This document shows positions 57,445 to 64,000 of a stretch of 64,000 nt of DNA, piece by piece. The translations under genes were made by a program, and so were the position numbers. The notes beneath the pieces were generated by a model. It was given only the letters and a program-made list of their open reading frames with translations, searched no databases and had not been told where the DNA came from. The DNA lies in the NCBI GenBank assembly GCA_963775955.1, contig CAVZKT010000002.1:160474-224473 (forward strand), written 5' to 3'. How positions within the stretch are numbered: the first letter of the stretch is position 1; the number at the start of each line of letters is the position of its first letter. The stretch comes from Candidatus Moraniibacteriota bacterium. Lineage in GTDB: Bacteria > Patescibacteriota > Minisyncoccia > Moranbacterales > UBA2206.

Positions 57445-58395
57445 ATGGCAAGAGAATGGTCTATAAAAAATTCAAATATCCCGCCTGTGCCGACGGAAGA
57501 TAAATTGGAAGAAAAAGCAGAGGAAACAAAGAAAATGCAGGAAAATCCAGCCGCCGAAAAACCGCCAAAAGCGGAAAATGTGAAAAATGTAGAAAGAAAA
57601 TCTGGAATTACGCGTATCGTTAATGCTGGGGATAAAGAACAGGATATACTTAATGAAGTTGAGGATATTTTTAATGATCAAACCATAAGTGAATATGACA
57701 GGGAAAAAACAGAAGAGGAAATAACCATTATAAAAGAAATAAGTCAAAAAGTTTTTAATTTTGTGGGCAATTTCGGAGGTGTTCCAGTTATGGTAAAACC
57801 TGAGAACATTCATTTGCTAAATATATCGAAACTGACAGAAGAAATGGGAAAGGAGGTAATAAAAAAATCTCATGGATATTATATGCCAGAACTTCAGGGT
57901 GTAGTTATTTTTGACGAATTAAAAAAAGACAGAGGGAGTTTTATTAAAACCTTAATTCATGAATTATTGCACTTTAATTCTTTTCAATCATTAAAATTTA
58001 TAAATAATAAAGCTGAAATAAATAGAATTGGATTTGGCGTATTTTCATATAAAAATAACAAGATCTTTTTTAACAATATTGAGGAAGCAATAATATCCGA
58101 ACTAACTGTCAGAATTTGCTCTAATTTTTTAGCAAAAGATGAACTGAATAAAATTTTAATGGATTACCAATATCGTCTTACACCCCCATGGATTACAATG
58201 GATAATATCTATCAAAAAAATAAAGATAAATTTAATAATAAGGAAGATGTGTTTACCGAATTCGCAAAGGTATCTTTTGTTGGTGGATTAAAAAATATAG
58301 CAAAGCTAATTGAGAATACATTTGGCAAGGGATCATTTAGAAAATTGGGGGAGAGAAATGCTGAGAATATTAAAAATAGGATAGATGAAAAATAA
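57445..58395 (+). CDS. hypothetical protein with HExxH (TLIHELLHF) putative zinc-metallopeptidase motif
   Basis: 316 aa; acidic N-terminus; HELLH motif. Confidence 0.45.
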   Translation: MAREWSIKNSNIPPVPTEDKLEEKAEETKKMQENPAAEKPPKAENVKNVERKSGITRIVNAGDKEQDILNEVEDIFNDQTISEYDREKTEEEITIIKEISQKVFNFVGNFGGVPVMVKPENIHLLNISKLTEEMGKEVIKKSHGYYMPELQGVVIFDELKKDRGSFIKTLIHELLHFNSFQSLKFINNKAEINRIGFGVFSYKNNKIFFNNIEEAIISELTVRICSNFLAKDELNKILMDYQYRLTPPWITMDNIYQKNKDKFNNKEDVFTEFAKVSFVGGLKNIAKLIENTFGKGSFRKLGERNAENIKNRIDEK

Positions 58396-61066
58396 GCAAA
58401 TCTACAATCTAGCTTCCAAAGAAGTCTTGAAAAAATTCGATACTTCTTTTCAGGGGCTTTTAGAAGGGGAGGCGGAAATAAGGCTGCAGAAATTCGGGCC
58501 TAATAAGCTCACTGAAGCCAAAACAGAGAGCCTGCTGATGATTTTTTTGCGGCAGTTCAAAAGCCCGCTGATTTATGTTTTGCTTCTGGCGGCGCTGGCG
58601 GTTTTTTTTACCAGCGATATTTCTGATGGATTCGTTATTATATTTGTTATATTTTTTAATGCTGTTATCGGCACAATCCAGGAGGGCAGGGCTCAAAATA
58701 CGCTCTTGGCTCTCAAAAAAATGACGCAAACCGACGCCTCGGTTATTCGCGGCGGCAGAGAAACCATTATTTCGTCTGAAGAATTGGTGCTTGGGGACAT
58801 TATTGTTCTTAGGGAAGGCGACAAGGTGCCGGCGGACGCCAGAATTATTCATGAAGACCTTTTTAAGGTTGATGAAGCAGTGCTGACGGGGGAATCTTCT
58901 TATAAAAGTAAAACCAGCGAGCCTGTTTTAAAAAAAGCACTTCCTCTAACTGACCAGGAAAACATGGTTTTTAAAGGTACTTTTGTTGTGGCCGGAACCG
59001 GTAAGGCGGTGGTAATTTCGACCGGCATGGAAACGTATATCGGTAAGATATCCCAAAAAGCGGCTCTTATTGAAAGCGACATACCTCTCAAAAAAGACAT
59101 TAAAAAATTATCCAAAATTATTATTATCGCCGTTTCGGCAATTGGAATTTTACTGATGGTCTTCGGAGTGCTCTCAGGAAACGCAACTATGGATATTTTT
59201 AAAGTGGCCGTGGCCGTGGCCGTTTCCGTTGTTCCGGAAGGACTGCCTATCGTGATGACAGTTGTGCTGGCGATGGGAGTTTGGCGAATGAGCAAGCACA
59301 ATGTTTTGGTGAAAAGACTGCAGGCGGTTGAAGCGCTGGGACAGGCTAAAATTATCGCCGTTGATAAAACCGGCACGCTCACTAGAAATGAACTTACGGT
59401 GGAAAAAGCGTATTGCTACGGAAAAAATTTCACTATTTCCGGAACAGGATATGAAACGAAAGGAATGATAAGCTACGAAAAAAATATCATAGATCCGCTA
59501 AACTATCAGGAGCTTCTGATGGCAGGGAAAATTTCTTGTTTTTGCGCCAACGCGCAAGTAGCTTATCTTCCAAGCGAAAAAATTTGGAAAATATCCGGTG
59601 ATCCCGTGGAAGCCGCTATGCGGGTTTTTTCTGAAAAAGTCGGTTTTCGCAAAGAAGTTTTGGAAAGCGAAATGCCGAAAATCAGTGAGATACCTTTTGA
59701 TTATAAAACTAAAATCCACGCAGTTTTAAACGCAGGGGAAAGAGATAATTTTTTAGCGGTGGCGGGAGCTCCGGAAAAAATAATTGATAGGTGCGGAAAG
59801 ATCTGGCATCCGAATGGAAGCGTTGAAATTTCCCAAGAAAACAAGGAAGAACTCAATAAAATTTTTAGTGATATGTCAAGAGAGGGGCTGCGAGTTATTG
59901 CCATCGCCCGTATGAAGACCGCTGCCAAGGCTATTTCTCCGGATGATCTTAAGGGGCTGGCATTTGTGGGATTTTTAGGAATGAAAGATGTGTTGCGCGA
60001 AGAGGCCAGGGAAGCAGTTAAAAAAGCGCAGGCCGGGGGAATAAAAGTTGTGATGCTCACGGGGGATCATAAAATAACCGCTCAAGCTATTGCCAAGGAG
60101 GCGGGAATATATTTCAACAAAGAAAAAATTATTGTCGGAGATCAAATAGATTTAATGAAGGACAGTGAATTAGAACAAGCGGTTGGCGAAAGCCATATTT
60201 TTGCCCGGGTTACTCCGGATCATAAACTTCGGATTATTGAAGCGTATCGGAGGCGGGGCGAAGTGGTGGCAATGACCGGCGACGGAGTGAATGACGCGTT
60301 GTCGCTGGCGGCCGCGGATCTGGGAGTGGCGATGGGAAAAATTGGGACCGAGGTGGCGCGCGAAGCCTCCGACATAATTCTTTTAGACGATAATTTTGGA
60401 AATATCGTTCTGGGCATTAAGGAAGGAAAAAATATCCTGCGTACGATGAAAAAGGTAATTTTATATCTGTTTTCCACTGGAGCGGGGGAGCTGCTAACGA
60501 TATTTGCAACCTTTTTAATTGGATTTCCCCTTCCAATTTTGGCGGTCCAAATCCTGTGGCTCAATCTGGTGACTGACGGTTTTTTGGATGTGGCGTTGGC
60601 GATGGAACCGCAGGAAAAAGGATTGCTCCGAAAAACAAAAAGAAATTCTTCAAAAAATCTTATTGACAGCCTGATGGTGCGAAGGATAGTGGTTATGGCG
60701 CTGCCAATGATGGTTGGAACACTTTTTCTTTTTGGTAAATATTTTGGACAAGATCTGGCTAAGGCCTGGACAGTTTCGCTTACCACCCTCGCTGTTTTTC
60801 AGTGGTTTAACGCCTGGAATTGCCGGTCAGAAGAAAAATCAATTTTTCAGATGAATCCTCTTGCCAATTTTTATTTGGTTTTGGCTACGGCGGCTGTGAT
60901 TGCTCTTCAGCTTTCAGCGGTTTACGCTCCGTTTATGCAAAAATTATTGCACACAGTTCCGCTGGAAATTTCAGACTGGCTTTTGATTATTCCGGTCGCT
61001 TTTAGTATAGTGATTATTGAAGAAGTGCGAAAAGTAATATATAGATTTATGCATAAATATGACTAA
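58385..61066 (+). CDS. cation-transporting P-type ATPase (type II, Ca2+/Mg2+-like)
   Basis: DKTGTLT (phosphorylation site), TGES, MLTGDHKITAQAIAKEAGI, TGDGVNDALSLAAADLGVAMG; 10 TM helices. Confidence 0.9.
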   Translation: MKNKQIYNLASKEVLKKFDTSFQGLLEGEAEIRLQKFGPNKLTEAKTESLLMIFLRQFKSPLIYVLLLAALAVFFTSDISDGFVIIFVIFFNAVIGTIQEGRAQNTLLALKKMTQTDASVIRGGRETIISSEELVLGDIIVLREGDKVPADARIIHEDLFKVDEAVLTGESSYKSKTSEPVLKKALPLTDQENMVFKGTFVVAGTGKAVVISTGMETYIGKISQKAALIESDIPLKKDIKKLSKIIIIAVSAIGILLMVFGVLSGNATMDIFKVAVAVAVSVVPEGLPIVMTVVLAMGVWRMSKHNVLVKRLQAVEALGQAKIIAVDKTGTLTRNELTVEKAYCYGKNFTISGTGYETKGMISYEKNIIDPLNYQELLMAGKISCFCANAQVAYLPSEKIWKISGDPVEAAMRVFSEKVGFRKEVLESEMPKISEIPFDYKTKIHAVLNAGERDNFLAVAGAPEKIIDRCGKIWHPNGSVEISQENKEELNKIFSDMSREGLRVIAIARMKTAAKAISPDDLKGLAFVGFLGMKDVLREEAREAVKKAQAGGIKVVMLTGDHKITAQAIAKEAGIYFNKEKIIVGDQIDLMKDSELEQAVGESHIFARVTPDHKLRIIEAYRRRGEVVAMTGDGVNDALSLAAADLGVAMGKIGTEVAREASDIILLDDNFGNIVLGIKEGKNILRTMKKVILYLFSTGAGELLTIFATFLIGFPLPILAVQILWLNLVTDGFLDVALAMEPQEKGLLRKTKRNSSKNLIDSLMVRRIVVMALPMMVGTLFLFGKYFGQDLAKAWTVSLTTLAVFQWFNAWNCRSEEKSIFQMNPLANFYLVLATAAVIALQLSAVYAPFMQKLLHTVPLEISDWLLIIPVAFSIVIIEEVRKVIYRFMHKYD

Positions 61067-61997
61067 AATCCCGATGAATATTCAGAAAAATATACCGCTC
61101 AAAAATTACACAACCTTCCGCATTGGCGGGCCGGCGAAGTTTTTTGTGGAAGTAAAAAACGAGGACGAATTAATAGAGGCTTTAAAATACGCCAGAGATA
61201 ATAATTTGGGATTTTTCATTTTAGGTGGAGGCAGCAACCTATTGGTAAGCGATAAAGGCTTTGATGGCTTGGTTATAAAGCTGCGGGTTATGGGGTGCAG
61301 GTTAAAAGACAATTTTATTGAAACCGGAGCCGGCGTTCCGCTGGCAAAAATTGTTCAAGAATCAGCGAAACATAATTTGACCGGCCTGGAATGGGCGACA
61401 GGAATTCCGGGAACAATTGGCGGAGCAGCGCGGGGGAATGCGGGAGCGTTCGGCAGCTGCATGAGAGACATTGTTGAGGATGTAAAAGCTATCAGCACGA
61501 AGGATTTAAAAATAAAAACTTACGATTTAAAAACCTGTGAATTTGATTATAGATCAAGTGTTTTTAAAAAAAATAATAATTTAATAATTTTGTCAGTTGT
61601 AATAAGATTAAAAAAAGGAAATAAGAAAGAAATACAAAGTAAGATCGTAGAAATAATTGAAAAAAGAAGCTTAAAATATCCAAAAAAAAACAGCGCCGGG
61701 TCATTTTTTAAAAACCCTATTGTTGAAAACAAAGAATCAATGAGAGAATTCGAGCGGGACCAGGGTATTAAATGTAGGAATAACAAAATTCCGGCCGGGT
61801 GGTTAATTGATCAAGCTGGATTATGCGGCAAAAAAATCGGCGGGGCGATGGTGAGCGAGAAGCATGCTAATTTTATTGTGAACACTGGCACAGCGACGGC
61901 TGAAGATGTTATAATGCTGGCAAGTTATGTCAAACAGCAAGTGAGGGACAAATTTGGGATTGAATTGGTTGAGGAGGTGCAATACTTAGGTTTTTAA
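61059..61997 (+). CDS. murB: UDP-N-acetylenolpyruvoylglucosamine reductase MurB
   Basis: NYTTFRIGGPAKFFVEV...ILGGGSNLLVSDKGFDGLVIKL (FAD-binding); C-terminal MurB domain. Confidence 0.85.
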   Translation: MTKIPMNIQKNIPLKNYTTFRIGGPAKFFVEVKNEDELIEALKYARDNNLGFFILGGGSNLLVSDKGFDGLVIKLRVMGCRLKDNFIETGAGVPLAKIVQESAKHNLTGLEWATGIPGTIGGAARGNAGAFGSCMRDIVEDVKAISTKDLKIKTYDLKTCEFDYRSSVFKKNNNLIILSVVIRLKKGNKKEIQSKIVEIIEKRSLKYPKKNSAGSFFKNPIVENKESMREFERDQGIKCRNNKIPAGWLIDQAGLCGKKIGGAMVSEKHANFIVNTGTATAEDVIMLASYVKQQVRDKFGIELVEEVQYLGF

Positions 61998-62074
61998 TTG
62001 TTAAATTGCTAAATGGCTAAATTGTTGATAATTTTTAACCATTTGACAATATAACAATATAACAATTTAATCGT

Positions 62075-62437
62075 ATGACACAAGAAAACAGTTTCCGTAT
62101 TTTTTTCAAAGGCGTGAAAATTGACGAGCGGACCGAGGATTATATTAAGAAAAGACTGGCAACGCTGGAAAAACTTTTGGACAAAATCCTGCGCGTAGAA
62201 GTGGAGATAGATTTGGACAAAAAAGGAAAGTTTCGGGCGGAAGTTATGGTGAAAACTCCCTACCAGCTATACCGCGCCGAGGAAACAACGGAAAGCATTG
62301 AAGGTTCAATTGATATGGTTTCAGAGCAACTCAAGGTGCAAATTCGAAAGGACAAAGATCGCGTGGTGGCTCTCCGCCGCCGGGGCGGGAGATCCATTAA
62401 AAAGAAGATAACCATAGACCAAAACGCAAGATTTTAA
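62075..62437 (+). CDS. hpf: ribosome hibernation promoting factor / RaiA (S30EA family)
   Basis: IDERTEDYIKKRLATLEKLLDKILRVEVEIDLDKKGKFRAEVMVKTPYQLYRAEETTESIEGSIDMVSEQLKVQIRK. Confidence 0.8.
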   Translation: MTQENSFRIFFKGVKIDERTEDYIKKRLATLEKLLDKILRVEVEIDLDKKGKFRAEVMVKTPYQLYRAEETTESIEGSIDMVSEQLKVQIRKDKDRVVALRRRGGRSIKKKITIDQNARF

Positions 62438-62466
62438 TGATTTAAAAAATAAAAACAAAAATATTT

Positions 62467-62575
62467 ACCCCGTTAGAATAAAGATTTGTTTTTTGATGGG
62501 GTTAGGTTCTAATAATTTATATCATTTTATACTATTGTTTTTTAAACAAGTAATAGTACAAAATTCTAACGGGGT
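62467..62575. mobile_element. Family A miniature inverted-repeat element, copy A4 (ACCCCGTTAGAAT ... ATTCTAACGGGGT)
   Basis: 13-nt inverted termini. Internal ggggttaggttctaa submotif. Overlaps the annotated start of the next ORF. Confidence 0.65.
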
Positions 62576-62930
62576 GAACACGCCCGTAAAAACCTGGATC
62601 GGGGTAACTATAATAATCGCCGCGGCGGTTATGGCTGGAATGTCTATTTGGTACTGCCAAAAGAATTACGTAATTAATTACGTAAATATTGAAACGCCGC
62701 AAATAAATAAAAAAGCTTGCACTGAAGAAGCGAAAGTTTGTCCCGACGGCAGCGCCGTCGGCCGCACCGGGCCGAATTGCGAATTCGCGCCTTGCTTCGG
62801 CGAAGGAAAGGATATGGTCGGCAATGACCGCGATGAGCACGGCTGCATTGGATCCGCCGGATATTCCTGGTGCGAAGAAAAACAAAAGTGCCTGCGGACT
62901 TGGGAAGAATCCTGCGGGACAGAAGAATGA
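62493..62930 (+). CDS. hypothetical small Cys-rich secreted protein (start uncertain, probably downstream of element A4)
   Basis: TM/signal IGVTIIIAAAVMAGMSIWY; 8 cysteines in the C-terminal 80 aa. Confidence 0.45.
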   Translation: MMGLGSNNLYHFILLFFKQVIVQNSNGVNTPVKTWIGVTIIIAAAVMAGMSIWYCQKNYVINYVNIETPQINKKACTEEAKVCPDGSAVGRTGPNCEFAPCFGEGKDMVGNDRDEHGCIGSAGYSWCEEKQKCLRTWEESCGTEE

Positions 62931-63056
62931 CAAATGATTATAAAAAGAATCCTTTCCGATTTTAAATTTATAAATTAACAATCGTTTAGAAAAGCCTTTC
63001 ATCTTTGACTCGGGAGGCTTTTTTTGGTAGGATGAAAGGGTATTAAAATATTTAGA

Positions 63057-64000
63057 ATGGCTTTTTTTACGAAACTTTTTGGCTCAAATCAGCGGGAAAT
63101 TGGTAAACTTCATTCAGTTGTTGAGAAGATTAATTCTTTCGAACCGGACATTCAGAAACTTTCCGACGAGGAGCTGAAAAATAAAACCCAAGAATTTAGA
63201 GAGCGAATCGCTAAAGGATGAAACTCCGGATGATATCTTCCGGAGGCTTTTGCGGTGGTCCGCGAAGCGGTGAAGAGAGTTATAAATGAAAGGCTTTTTG
63301 ATGTTCAGCTTATGGGCGGCATCGTTTTGCATCGAGGGAAAATCGCCGAAATGAAAACCGGTGAAGGAAAAACGCAGACTGCCACTTTGCCGATTTATCT
63401 CAACGCGTTTACCGGCAAAGGCGTGCATGTGGTCACCGTCAATGATTATCTGGCCAAGCGCGACTGCAACTGGATGGGGCCGATTTATCATTTTCTGGGG
63501 CTTTCGACGGCTTGCATCATGCACGACGCTTCTTATATCTACGAACCAAAAATACATGATGCCGATGAAGTGAGCGTGGAAATGGAAAATCTGAAGCCGG
63601 TTTCGCGCCGCGAGGCCTATGCGGCCGATATCACATATGGCACAAACAATGAATTCGGTTTTGATTATCTGCGCGACAATATGGTGCAGAGCTTGGAGCA
63701 GATGGTGCAGCGAGAACTGAATTATGCCATTGTCGACGAAGTGGACTCAATTTTGATTGATGAAGCCCGCACGCCGCTCATCATCAGCGCGCCGGACACG
63801 GAATCAACCAAACTATATCAGCAATTTGCCCAAATTGTGCCGCGGCTCAAAGAAGACGAAGATTTCGACAGTGGATGAAAAAATGCGGGCTGTGACGCTC
63901 ACGGAAAAAGGAATTGCAAAAGTGGAAGAAATGCTGGGCATCGGAAATATTTATGACATCTGGCAAAATCTCCTATGTCCATCAGCTCGAGCAGGCCTTG
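63057..64000 (+). CDS. secA: preprotein translocase ATPase SecA, 5' ~940 nt (continues beyond window), with at least 4 apparent indels (~63215, ~63240, ~63875, ~63965)
   Basis: [18 protein letters not shown]...; [74 protein letters not shown]; later [14 protein letters not shown] and [11 protein letters not shown] in other frames. Confidence 0.85.

Overview
This 64-kb window is AT-rich (roughly 35-40% GC), read under the standard genetic code, and looks like a small, streamlined genome. TGA, TAA and TAG are all used as stops. The lineage is an inference only, but the gene content and style suggest a Candidate Phyla Radiation / Patescibacteria-like bacterium: K/E-rich low-complexity proteins, rRNA expansion segments, and many miniature inverted-repeat elements.

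Gene content, in order along the window:
- the 3' ~1.36 kb of 23S rRNA and a 5S rRNA;
- a cell-envelope and division set: two SEDS proteins (RodA/FtsW), murA, mreB, a FtsQ-like protein, murG, murC, murB, an MraY/WecA-family transferase, two GT39-like membrane mannosyltransferase-like proteins, a GT2 processive synthase, two GT4 genes (one badly degraded), and secreted MltB-like and CHAP-CARDB peptidoglycan hydrolases;
- translation genes: rplY, prfA-prmC, rpmE, rpsB, tsf, rpmG, trmD, a KH-domain protein, hpf, and four tRNAs (Thr-GGT, Tyr-GTA, Thr-TGT, Trp-CCA);
- holB, rmuC, ispG, a P-type ATPase, and secA (runs off the 3' end of the window);
- an operon of highly charged proteins ending in a VirB4/TraC-like ATPase.

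The most interesting locus is a cassette of about 3.2 kb bounded by perfect 34-bp inverted repeats, sitting next to a divergently oriented tyrosine recombinase. It is inserted between prfA-prmC and rpmE. It carries a Type II restriction-modification pair (Dam-class methyltransferase plus a PD-(D/E)xK endonuclease) and a translationally coupled two-gene module of unknown family that is a candidate novel defense or addiction system.

Other notable structure:
- at least two families of miniature inverted-repeat elements, one of which carries an outward-facing consensus promoter;
- a GC palindrome present in three copies;
- AAATCCAAA-type microsatellites and palindromic GC-rich segments inserted, mostly in frame, inside housekeeping genes;
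- a candidate ~150-nt small RNA or riboswitch-like unit upstream of murA;
- a TrpR/YerC-like regulator flanked by two copies of a palindromic operator-like site.

Many conserved genes (murA, mreB, murG, tsf, a NUDIX gene, holB, prfA, the restriction endonuclease, secA) carry single-nucleotide frameshifts, mostly at homopolymers. These most likely reflect assembly or consensus errors, although real gene decay cannot be excluded from sequence alone.
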